The notes under the pieces are model-generated. The model did no database searches. It had not been told where the DNA came from and was given only the letters and a program-made list of their open reading frames with translations. 64,000 nt of DNA from Cenarchaeum sp. (lineage in GTDB: Archaea; Thermoproteota; Nitrososphaeria; Nitrososphaerales; Nitrosopumilaceae), in the NCBI GenBank assembly GCA_963692915.1, contig OY843584.1, positions 544,001 through 608,000 on the forward strand. Reading direction: 5' to 3'. The position numbers and the translations under genes were made by a program. Below, in pieces: positions 10,311 to 19,292 of the stretch. Every line of letters begins with the position of its first letter. Position 1 is the first letter of the stretch.

Positions 10311-11022
10311 TGGCAGCCATCGTCGAGGAGCTGGGCAAACAACGCGAGGTACAGCAGGCAGCATCAGAAAAATATCGACGATCATGTCGACGCCCGAGTT
10401 TGTCGAACGCTCTAAACATCTTGAGGCGCTTGAAAAGTTAGGTGCCGAACGAACCGCACTTGATCTGGAGATAGGCGGATCATTTACAAGGATAAGCCAT
10501 CCACTCTCAAAGTACGTCTATGTCACTTCACTTGACAAAGAAAAAAAAACCGTAATGGCCAGGATGCTTGCCGAGCCGGCGGTTGCCCTGCGCGAGTCCG
10601 GCCCTGACATTGTGCTTGACATACTTGTTCACGTCAGAAAGGCAGTCTCATCAGCATCCGTCTCCGTAAAGGACATATCGAAATCCGAGGAACAGATAGA
10701 CGCAGTGTCTGCCGGTCTTGGGGAGTTTGTCTCGCGCATGGCGTCACTGGAGGAGCGCAAGGGCGAGATTGCCGAGCGCGTTCGCTCCTTTGACTCCTCG
10801 CAGCTTGACTCTGCGCGCGCAACGCTCGAGCGAGCCACGTCTGACATTGTGGCACTAGAGTCGCGCGAGCGCGAGATTCGGGCCGATGCCGTGGCCGCCG
10901 AGGCCGAGATTCCCTCGGCCCTCAAGGCGCTAGAGTCGCGCATGCGAGCCGTGACGTCAGTCGCGTACACCTTCGGATGCCTGACGCCTAGCAATCGGGT
11001 TTTGCAGGATGGCCAGATCTAG
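10310..11022 (+). pseudogene. 5'-truncated coiled-coil protein gene
   Basis: Coiled-coil ORF abutting the IS remnant; apparent frameshift in an A-run near 10370. Confidence 0.55.
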
Positions 11023-11281
11023 TAGTGTCACACTTTGCCGTACGGGCGCTGCTGTGACGGCATTAGCAGGCGTCATGGCGGTAGCCGTCAACATCCGCTC
11101 TAAATATCTCATGCCGTGATCATGTTTTGTCATTATACCCCCTAACTTTTTGTGATTTTGGGCGTTTTTCACACTTTTTCAAGGGGTATTTGATCACTGT
11201 TCAAAAACCAAATGATTTTACCTTTCTTTATATACTCATTTGGCATTTCTTTATAAAGAGATAGTGGCCTGACTGGCACGG

Positions 11282-13135
11282 TTGACCCAGCACAAGATTG
11301 ACGTAACACCGGACAAGAGCCTCATCAAGAAGCTGGGGAGTGTAGGGTACCGAACCGAGCAGGCCATAGCAGAACTGATTGACAACTCTATCGACGCCCG
11401 CCTAGACGGTACGCTAGAGACGATCAGGATAGTCTTGGACTTTGCGAATCGAACGATTTCTGTCCGTGACGACGGCGCCGGAATGGATCTGGGTGCACTC
11501 AGGAACTCGTGGGTGCTTGGAGCACACTCAAAGTCATCAAACTCGAGCCTTGGCATGTTTGGAATTGGCATGAAGAGCGCATGCTCAGCCCTGGGCAAGT
11601 CGTTTTCGGTCAGGACAACAACTGCGGGTTCCACGGCTGAACTTTACGCAAAATATGATGAAGATGAGTGGCTTGGAAGTTCAGGAGGGTGGGATGACTT
11701 TGAGGTTACTGAAACCCCCGCTGATGCAGATACGCACGGAACAGAAGTCGTCGTGTCAAAGATCAATGTCGCGCTTTATCGTGCACAGGCTGCACAATTT
11801 CGAAAGCGCTTTGGAACACGCTATGCCCAGCATATGTTGGATCAACAAATAAAGATCACTGTCAACAACAAGCCATGCAGACCAATTGAGCCAGATATTG
11901 ACTATAAAACCAAAAAAAACCTTGACATTTCCCTGTCTGATGGTAATCGCATCCATGGGTGGATTGCGCTTTTACGTCAATATTCAGTCAAGGGCGATTA
12001 TGGGTTTAACCTGTATCAAAACAGTAGACTAATCAGCTCTCACGCCAAATTTGGAATTCGTTACCATCCGGCAGTATCTCGTGTGGTTGGAAATCTGCAT
12101 TTGGATCATGTCCCAGTAAATGTTCTTAAAACCGGGTTTTTGCCTGACACATACGAATATGCACAATCTTTTAAAGCAATTGAGAACGATCCGACTGTCA
12201 AAAAACTCATCAATGAGTCTGAACCTCATGAAAAATTTAGTAGTGACTATGCCTCTGTTTTCAGAAATGATGTGCCACCGACAAAAATTCCACGTATTGG
12301 AGATGTGAACGCCTCTCGTTTGCTTCGCAATATGATCTCTGTGGATGTACTTGACACTGCGTCTCCTCGTATGGCGCTGGAGGATTGTGACACTGGGGTG
12401 TACCGCATTGAAGGTAGTGGCGACGAAACAAAAGTCATTGTTAATCGACAAAGTGCCGTGTTTCGGGCATTTAAAAATCCGCTGTTTTTGTTGGGAATGT
12501 TGCGTCTTGAAGCTCAAACTCTATCCGGTCATTCTGAAGCACAGCGTCTAATCACAAAAAGAAACAAAACATGGGAACAGTTTGTGGATTCACACTCTAT
12601 TAATCGTGATATCAAACGTATAGGATCCAATGACACATTGCCCAATAATCTTGTGAAGCTGCGTAGTTCAATTATGGGAGAGTTTTCAGAGCGGTTCCAG
12701 TTTACGGCTCTATCGATCTTGTGGCCACATCTCATTAACGCATATCGTATATTGCCCTACACAGTATATGTTGCGCGAGGTTACGGCCAACTGTTAAAAC
12801 ATGTTGTATCGCAACAGAGTGGTTATCACGCAATTTTAAATCCTGACCCTGGACAGGTGCATCAAATACTGGAAGCACGAGATGGCGGGGCACTCGTGAT
12901 AATACGTGAGCGATCTGATGTGCCCAAGTTAACTGCTGCATCGTATGCCAAAGCTTGGGTTGATCTATTTGTCGAGATACGACACGAACGTGTTGGAGTT
13001 TATGAAGAAGAGCTTGAGATGCTGTGGGATCTTGAGGACCACAGCTTGCTTACTATGAACCAAGTACTTTCATATGCGAAACGCCGCAGTGTTGCACAAG
13101 AGGTGGCTAAATACACTGGGGATGACACCACGTGA
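11282..13135 (+). CDS. MORC-type GHKL ATPase with putative C-terminal AbiEi-like domain
   Basis: ELIDNSIDA, DDGAGM, LGMFGIGMKSA, GTEVVV; S5-like GFNLYQNSRLI/VVGNLHLD; tail AASYAKAWVDL...VLSYAKRRS. Confidence 0.85.
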   Translation: MTQHKIDVTPDKSLIKKLGSVGYRTEQAIAELIDNSIDARLDGTLETIRIVLDFANRTISVRDDGAGMDLGALRNSWVLGAHSKSSNSSLGMFGIGMKSACSALGKSFSVRTTTAGSTAELYAKYDEDEWLGSSGGWDDFEVTETPADADTHGTEVVVSKINVALYRAQAAQFRKRFGTRYAQHMLDQQIKITVNNKPCRPIEPDIDYKTKKNLDISLSDGNRIHGWIALLRQYSVKGDYGFNLYQNSRLISSHAKFGIRYHPAVSRVVGNLHLDHVPVNVLKTGFLPDTYEYAQSFKAIENDPTVKKLINESEPHEKFSSDYASVFRNDVPPTKIPRIGDVNASRLLRNMISVDVLDTASPRMALEDCDTGVYRIEGSGDETKVIVNRQSAVFRAFKNPLFLLGMLRLEAQTLSGHSEAQRLITKRNKTWEQFVDSHSINRDIKRIGSNDTLPNNLVKLRSSIMGEFSERFQFTALSILWPHLINAYRILPYTVYVARGYGQLLKHVVSQQSGYHAILNPDPGQVHQILEARDGGALVIIRERSDVPKLTAASYAKAWVDLFVEIRHERVGVYEEELEMLWDLEDHSLLTMNQVLSYAKRRSVAQEVAKYTGDDTT

Positions 13136-14220
13136 TTGTTGATGGTCTAACTAGACGTGATCTCAAGTCAAGAACTACTAAATTTGGTTTTGCTGACTCG
13201 GGCTATCTTGAAAAGTTTATGATGGATTTTGATGCCTACATTGCACTATCTAATGTGAGAAAATGTTATGTTCGTGGAGGCATGTGTGTGCCTTTTTATG
13301 TTGATTCTAAACATCGCCGTTTCAGTAAAGATCTAGATGTATATGTGACTTGTTCAGTTGACGAGATCATCGAAAAAGTTTCTGCTGCATTGTTGGATGT
13401 GGGATTTACGCGTGTTACGCCCTATAATCATCGTGGCAATCAGTCTATGATGAATAACTGGGTTCGTTTTAAGGCTTCCTATGTTCCCGTGGGCTCTTCG
13501 GATCATCCATCTGCTTCTAGTCAACAAGATTCAATATCTGTTGATATCACATGTGGGATTGATGCTGCTCAGCTTGACACTACTCTCCTAGAACAAGAGC
13601 AAAATTTATTTGACTTTAAAATACCGCCTCCAATTCACACACTTTCTAGAGGGGCGCTTATCGCAGACAAAATTACTTCACTGGGGTGTGGGCCTGTGGG
13701 ATATCCTACGCCTGCAGGACGTTCTAAGCCTTTGGGATATTCTGAGCCTGAACCTACGCCAAAGCAGATCTATGATATTGGCATGCTGCTGCGCAAAACA
13801 ACAACCGATGATCTTATTATTATGGTACAGATGTACAATTATTTAACAAATTTTAAATTAACAAACGGAAATCGCAATTTTGGACTAGCGAAAGTAATTC
13901 AAAGCGTTAAATCATATATTTCTACCATTTTAACAAATGACACCTTACCTCGGCTGACCAGCGCACACAGCGATCATTTTTTCATTTTTTCTCACAGTAT
14001 GCTTTCAAAACCCCATATTGACGAAGTTGAACATTCAAAAAATATCATGTTGACTTTACTCTGTGCAGACTTTCTTGAACGTTCTCTTGATGCCTCTGCC
14101 TCAAATGAACAATTGGCTGAACGTATGCAAGATACACTCGATGCTGCATTTGAACTTGAAATACTTGAAGACCAGATATCGTATTTAAAGCGACATGTTG
14201 AGGGTATGGGCTCACCTTGA
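13132..14220 (+). CDS. AbiEii/AbiGii-family nucleotidyltransferase toxin
   Basis: LEK, VRGGMC, RRFSKDLDV, LIADKITSL, KQIYDI; 4-nt overlap with the upstream gene. Confidence 0.85.
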   Translation: MIVDGLTRRDLKSRTTKFGFADSGYLEKFMMDFDAYIALSNVRKCYVRGGMCVPFYVDSKHRRFSKDLDVYVTCSVDEIIEKVSAALLDVGFTRVTPYNHRGNQSMMNNWVRFKASYVPVGSSDHPSASSQQDSISVDITCGIDAAQLDTTLLEQEQNLFDFKIPPPIHTLSRGALIADKITSLGCGPVGYPTPAGRSKPLGYSEPEPTPKQIYDIGMLLRKTTTDDLIIMVQMYNYLTNFKLTNGNRNFGLAKVIQSVKSYISTILTNDTLPRLTSAHSDHFFIFSHSMLSKPHIDEVEHSKNIMLTLLCADFLERSLDASASNEQLAERMQDTLDAAFELEILEDQISYLKRHVEGMGSP

Positions 14221-14443
14221 CAATTTTGCCACATCGGACATCTTACCGCTGTGGTGGGCGTGTCCTGTCTCGAACATTTTCACGCATGCCGTTTCTTGCA
14301 AACGTGCGGAGTCTGGCGGCCATGTTTTCTGGATCCTGCTAGATTGACATGGTGCCCTGCCGCCTGTCGACTCCAATACTGACGCGTGGTCATGGCACAT
14401 CGCCATGAGTGCAGTTAAATCCAGCCACGTGTGCCTGCTGCGC

Positions 14444-15271
14444 ATGAACCTCGTGGCCTCTGGCAAGGTAAAGGACGTCTATGACGCCGGTGACGGCCTC
14501 TTGAGATTTCACTTTAGTGACCGTGTCTCGGCATATGACGTAAAGTTTGTCGAGCCGATCCCAAAAAAGGGTGAAATTCTCTGCAAGTTTGCCGAGTTTT
14601 GGTTTGGCGAGCTTGGGGTGCCTAGCCACTTTGTTCGGCGTGTCTCGGACACTGACATGCTCGTTAGGCGAATGAAGATGCTGCCGATCGAGTGTGTCGC
14701 ACGGGGGTATCTGTATGGCAGCCTCTATGACCGTCATCTGCGTGGCGAGTCAGGACTCCGGCTTGATGACGAACGCCACGCGGCCAGGCTGCCTGAGGCA
14801 ATATTTGACCCAACCACAAAGGCCGAGCACGACGAGCCTGTGACGCGCGACTCGGCAATCCGTATGGGCCTTGTGAGCGCCGCTCAATATGACTCCCTAG
14901 AGTCAATGACGCTAAAGATATACGGCCAGATGGCATCAGTGGCAGAGCGTGCGGGATTTGTCATGGCTGACCTAAAGCTGGAGTTTGGCATGCTTGGTGG
15001 GAAGATTGTCCTGGGCGACTCTATTGGGCCAGACGAGTTTCGGATGTGGCCATCAGAGTCATACGAGCCCGGACGCGTGCAGGACGCATATGACAAGCAG
15101 ATACTGCGCGACTGGCTGGCCGCCGGCGGTCACAAGGACAGATTTGAGCGCGAACGCGCCGCCGGAGAGGCGCCACGGCCGCCGATGATACCGTCAGAGA
15201 TTATCGGCACAATGACGGGGCGCTATGTTGACGCCTATGAGCGCATAACGGGCAGGCCGCTAGACGCATAG
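14444..15271 (+). CDS. purC: SAICAR synthetase
   Basis: [31 protein letters not shown]. Confidence 0.95.
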   Translation: MNLVASGKVKDVYDAGDGLLRFHFSDRVSAYDVKFVEPIPKKGEILCKFAEFWFGELGVPSHFVRRVSDTDMLVRRMKMLPIECVARGYLYGSLYDRHLRGESGLRLDDERHAARLPEAIFDPTTKAEHDEPVTRDSAIRMGLVSAAQYDSLESMTLKIYGQMASVAERAGFVMADLKLEFGMLGGKIVLGDSIGPDEFRMWPSESYEPGRVQDAYDKQILRDWLAAGGHKDRFERERAAGEAPRPPMIPSEIIGTMTGRYVDAYERITGRPLDA

Positions 15272-15530
15272 CCTAGCGCCATGGGCCATTGTTGGGTTCT
15301 CAGAATGCCAATCTGCCGTGATGCTTCCATGCGGGGGCTAGATTGCGTGCCTTTCTTGCCTGTATTCATGCGTGCATAGGGAGATCCTGGCAGTTCGTGA
15401 CCTCATATTGGCTGTGTGAGCATGCCGACTATGCGTAAAGACTCTAATCGTACTCCCAGGCGCGCCGGCGCTGATGCCCATTGTGCCTCAACGTGCCGCC
15501 GGAGCGCCGCCACAGTGGCGATCCGGTTAT

Positions 15531-15725
15531 TTCCAATATCCATTGTATCATTTCATAACAAATCATATTATTATGATATATATCATTAGTCTTAATTCTA
15601 ATGTTAGCATTATAAGATATTTCCTATTACAACTATATGTATCGTATAATAGGGATATTATTCAGTTTCCTATTATCAATATCATTCAAATGAATAATAG
15701 TGCTCTAATTCTAATAAGTGTAAAC
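15531..15725. other. Extremely AT-rich intergenic patch
   Basis: Hand count about 23% GC over 15531-15720 against GC-rich flanks. Confidence 0.9.
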
Positions 15726-15791
15726 TAGACTCTATGCGAGCGGTCAAAAAATGCTGATCTTTCCCACTTTTGGCCTGGTGGGACGCACGGG

Positions 15792-16319
15792 ATGCCGATG
15801 GAGACACTGGTAGACCGCCCTGTCAGCGTGACGAGGACTATAGCGTCGAGTCCTGATGAGGCAAGCGCGATAGCGGATCCCGTGAGGGCAGCCATAGTCG
15901 CGCTCCTCTATCGCCGGACGCTGACGGCCGAGCAGATATTCGAGCGTCTAGGCAGGCGTGGCAAGAAAAAGGCGCTCACGACGGTGCGCCACCACATCGA
16001 CGTCCTCCGCTCCGCCGGCCTAGTGGACATTGTGAAGGTCGTAGAGTCTCGAGGAGGAGTGACAAAGCACTATGGAACCTCCACGAGGCTCCTCATGCAG
16101 AACCCCCAGGATGATTTTGACGAGCAGCACTCGGATGCCATTGCAGCTGCAACCGTTGGCCTTGCGGCCGTCATAGAGTCAGCAGGCGCGAACATTGCGC
16201 CAAAGGATGGCAAAAAACGCGTTGATCCGGCGCACAGACACTATGTCGTCGCCGAGATACTAAACCGCGCAATGACTGCGGCCATGGAGCGTGGCTCGCG
16301 CGCACCGTCAGGGTCATAG
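15792..16319 (+). CDS. ArsR-like winged-helix transcriptional regulator
   Basis: AIADPVRAAIVALL, TTVRHHIDVLRSAGLV, KHY. Confidence 0.88.
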   Translation: MPMETLVDRPVSVTRTIASSPDEASAIADPVRAAIVALLYRRTLTAEQIFERLGRRGKKKALTTVRHHIDVLRSAGLVDIVKVVESRGGVTKHYGTSTRLLMQNPQDDFDEQHSDAIAAATVGLAAVIESAGANIAPKDGKKRVDPAHRHYVVAEILNRAMTAAMERGSRAPSGS

Positions 16320-16423
16320 CCTGCTGACATGGCCGGAGGCGTGCCCAGTCGGCGATTATGGGCACGGGAACCCCTCTTGCGCCTGTCTGGTGGGCGCATG
16401 TGCTGTATGGGGCGCATTTGGCA

Positions 16424-16449
16424 TATTTCTAAACTCGAGTTTAGAAATA
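16424..16449. repeat. Perfect 26-bp palindrome (copy 1)
   Basis: TATTTCTAAACTCGAGTTTAGAAATA. Confidence 0.95.
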
Positions 16450-16497
16450 CATAATTTGTGACCATGCGCGCCTCGCAGACTCGTGTATGTGCCCCAT

Positions 16498-16745
16498 GGC
16501 CATGTTACGCACAAGAGCTAAACCCCCCTGTGGGGGGAGCCGGTTCACGAGGGAGTCCATTTTTCTGAAAATGGCCGATCTGGAGGGGGGTTGAGCACCC
16601 ACGCCTAGATCGGACAGACAACGCTCAAACCATGGGGCTAGCTGTCCTGCGGGTGCCCCGTTGTGCAATGTCATGCCTAAAAGCTAAACCCCGTGATCTT
16701 TGCCGTTCAGGTGGTGGCTCGGTCCACAGATCTTCGCGCATGGCC
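16498..16745. ncRNA. Putative structured non-coding RNA
   Basis: Complementary ends (GGCCATG/CATGGCC plus extension), several internal hairpins, no convincing ORF. Confidence 0.35.
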
Positions 16746-16903
16746 GGCTGACGTGTGTCAGACGCGCCAGGATGGGCATAAATGACGCATGAGCCCACCC
16801 CCCGCACCCATGCTGCGCGCCGCCGCACAATCATGCTGGCGCTGTTGTGGCACATGTGGCCAGGCGCAGTCTCGCGCTGGGCTGCCATGTGCGATATTGT
16901 GTA

Positions 16904-16925
16904 TTTCTAAACTCGAGTTTAGAAA
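16904..16925. repeat. Perfect 22-bp palindrome (copy 2)
   Basis: TTTCTAAACTCGAGTTTAGAAA. Confidence 0.95.
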
Positions 16926-16928
16926 ACC

Positions 16929-17174
16929 CTATGTGGCCGCACTGCGGACTCTTTCTTGCGTTATGGCAATCTCGACGGCCTCTAGGGGGCTTGCCTCCTC
17001 GTTGCGCCGTATGGAGAACATCTTTGGCCGCTCAAAGTCGCGCGTGCAGTCAGGGCACGCATAGACTAGAACGCGGTGCTCATTTGGCGCCTTTGGGTTT
17101 GAGAGGCGAGGATAGTACACGAGACGCGCACCACAATCCACACAGTACCTGTTAACCCTGCGCGTCCTGGCCAT
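16929..17174 (-). CDS. Small zinc-ribbon protein
   Basis: CVDC...CPDC, 81 aa from ATG 17174. Confidence 0.75.
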   Translation of the reverse strand: MARTRRVNRYCVDCGARLVYYPRLSNPKAPNEHRVLVYACPDCTRDFERPKMFSIRRNEEASPLEAVEIAITQERVRSAAT

Positions 17175-17290
17175 GCAAACCTCCTGCGTGGAGTATTGGC
17201 GATGGTGCATATTAGATCGGCATAGTCTAACAGAGTCGACCAAATGGTTCCCTCTGGGGCATGTGGGGGCGCGCACGGAACCCTGTGTGG

Positions 17291-17367
17291 TGGCGCCGCC
17301 CGACAGACTTGAACTGTCGACCAACGGATTAACAGTCCGTTGCTCTACCACGCTGAGCTAGGGCGGC
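17291..17367 (-). tRNA. tRNA-Asn(GTT), CCA encoded
   Basis: GCCGCCCTAGCTCAGCGTGGTAGAGCAACGGACTGTTAATCCGTTGGTCGACAGTTCAAGTCTGTCGGGCGGCGCCA cloverleaf. Confidence 0.97.
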
Positions 17368-17438
17368 AGCGCGCCGCCTTTGGAATGTTGCGATTTAACC
17401 CTTGCGTGCCCTGTGGGCGTGGGGCGCAGGCGGGCACC

Positions 17439-17587
17439 TGTCTGGTGCCCCATGGCCATCATGTCTGGTGCCCCATGGCCATCATGTCTGGTGCCCCATG
17501 GCCATCATGTCTGGTGCCCCATGGCCATCATGTCTGGTGCCCCATGGCCATCATGTCTGGTGCCCCATGGCCATCATGTCTGGTGCC
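17439..17587. repeat. Exact 23-bp tandem repeat, about 6.5 copies
   Basis: Unit TGTCTGGTGCCCCATGGCCATCA. Confidence 0.97.
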
Positions 17588-17657
17588 TGCAGGTGCGCAT
17601 ATCGGCGGGCCACAGAGTCGGGCCGTGCGCCCTGATGGGCAGGACATTGGCCTGCCG

Positions 17658-18212
17658 CTAGGACTCTATGCCGCGTTTCTTGTCGTACGTGTAGATGCCG
17701 TCAAGAAAGACCCTGTGGTCCTTTTTCTTTATGCGGGTGTTTTGCTGTATGTTGGCTGCCGTCTGCGTCACGTCGGTGAGCACGGGGCCTGTGAGGACCA
17801 CGTCATCGCCCTTTACGGTGACCTTTGTGTCCCCGACGATGCGCGCGCGGCGCGGCGCGTGCTCGCCCTGAAAGTTCTCCACCAGGACCATCCCAGAGTC
17901 AACCTTTACGGAGACCGGAAAGTGCGCATAGACGACCTTCATCTTTAGGGTATAGCCCTCCCTGATTCCATCGACCAGGTTTCGCACCAGGGAGCGTGAG
18001 GTGTTTAGTATGGCATAGTCGCGCTTTTTGGAGTCTCGTGCGCTCAGGTTTATGGTCCCCTCGCCGATCTCGACGTCGACGGGTATCTTTCTAAAGTTCT
18101 TGTACGTGTGGCCAAGCGGTCCCTCGACACGCATGACTCCGCGCCTCATGCTGATTGTGACGCCCTCTGGCACGTCGACTGTTGTCTTTAGGCGGTCAGG
18201 ACTAGTACGCAT
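17658..18212 (-). CDS. rpl6: 50S ribosomal protein L6
   Basis: VYAHFP, NFQGE, DHRVFLDGIY. Confidence 0.95.
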   Translation of the reverse strand: MRTSPDRLKTTVDVPEGVTISMRRGVMRVEGPLGHTYKNFRKIPVDVEIGEGTINLSARDSKKRDYAILNTSRSLVRNLVDGIREGYTLKMKVVYAHFPVSVKVDSGMVLVENFQGEHAPRRARIVGDTKVTVKGDDVVLTGPVLTDVTQTAANIQQNTRIKKKDHRVFLDGIYTYDKKRGIES

Positions 18213-18600
18213 AGCCCACCAAAAACCCCCCAATTCCCATCTTTGTCGCGTCGTGGTGCGACATGACGCCGTGGTTTGTCGTCACGACTAGTATACCGCG
18301 GTCATACGATGGCAGGTAGCGCTGCTCCCAGAACGCATACTCGTCCTTTTTGACCTTGAAGCGAGGTGATATTGCGCCACACTTTGTTATCTTTGCGACA
18401 AGGCCAACGCGGAACTTGCCCCCGCGGCCATCCTCAATCCTCTCATACTCGCCGACATAGCCGTCCTTTTGGAGCGTCTTGAGAACCTCCGCACACAGTC
18501 CGGACGTGGGAAACACGGTGCACTCGGCCTTGCGTCGTGCCTCTGTGTTGTATAGTGTTACGAACATGTTTGCTAGTACGTTAGTGGCCGGCATCATCAA
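18202..18600 (-). CDS. rps8: 30S ribosomal protein S8
   Basis: DGRGGKF, CGAISPRF, TTNHGVMSH. Confidence 0.95.
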   Translation of the reverse strand: MMMPATNVLANMFVTLYNTEARRKAECTVFPTSGLCAEVLKTLQKDGYVGEYERIEDGRGGKFRVGLVAKITKCGAISPRFKVKKDEYAFWEQRYLPSYDRGILVVTTNHGVMSHHDATKMGIGGFLVGYAY

Positions 18601-18777
18601 TCACATGTATTTCCTGAATCCCAGAGAGCCGGCGACCTCCCTAAAGCACCTGCGGCATATCATAAGATCGTACTTTTGAATGACTGCGGTATAGTCGCCG
18701 CACCTCTTGCACCAGCGCGAACCGCGCCCAAAAGAGTGCTCCTTGCGGCCGGTAAACTCGTACGAGCGATCCTTCAT
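18601..18777 (-). CDS. rps14: 30S ribosomal protein S14 (not in ORF track)
   Basis: Translated by hand: MKDRSYEFTGRKEHSFGRGSRWCKRCG...ICRRCFREVAGSLGFRKYM. Confidence 0.95.
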   Translation of the reverse strand: MKDRSYEFTGRKEHSFGRGSRWCKRCGDYTAVIQKYDLMICRRCFREVAGSLGFRKYM

Positions 18778-19292
18778 GCTACTGCCACCCCAAACCTGTC
18801 AGTCACAAACGAGCGCGCCTCGTCAGCCGTTATAATGTGTGCGCCTCCAACGCTGGCCTTGTGCTTGCTCCTGCGGCTGATCGAGTTGCCTGGACGCGCA
18901 AGCGAGACGCAGACGTCAAGGCCGAGTATGCCCACCTTTGGGTCGTATTTCACGCCGGGCACGTCAATGTGCTCCTTTATCCCAAACGAAAAGTTGCCGT
19001 GGCCATCAAACGCCCTGCTGCGCACGCTGTTGTCGCGCGCCTCAAGAAGGCGCTTTAGGAGGGTTGTGGCATCCTCGCCGCGCACGGTCACTGCCACCCC
19101 GATGGGCTCACCCTTGCGCACGCCAAAGTCACGGTATGTCTTTTTTGCGTCGCGTGCACACGGTCTCTTGCCCGATATGTGCGCAAGGGCGGCCTTTGCG
19201 GCCTCGATTGCGTCGCCTGACTTGCCGATTCCCATGTTGAGGACGACCTTTTCGAGGTATATCACCTTCATTGGGTTGTCGCCTTCGCTCAC
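18774..19292 (-). CDS. rpl5: 50S ribosomal protein L5
   Basis: NPM..LEKVVLNMG, FGVRKGEPIG, GNFSFGIKEHID. Confidence 0.95.
   Translation of the reverse strand: MSEGDNPMKVIYLEKVVLNMGIGKSGDAIEAAKAALAHISGKRPCARDAKKTYRDFGVRKGEPIGVAVTVRGEDATTLLKRLLEARDNSVRSRAFDGHGNFSFGIKEHIDVPGVKYDPKVGILGLDVCVSLARPGNSISRRSKHKASVGGAHIITADEARSFVTDRFGVAVA

Noticed and set aside
15474-15728. 84-aa Ile/Asn-rich ORF
   Set aside because: Composition simply mirrors the AT-rich patch; no protein motif
17291-17367. tRNA as an integration site for a provirus
   Set aside because: No integrase and no duplicated tRNA 3' end seen in the window
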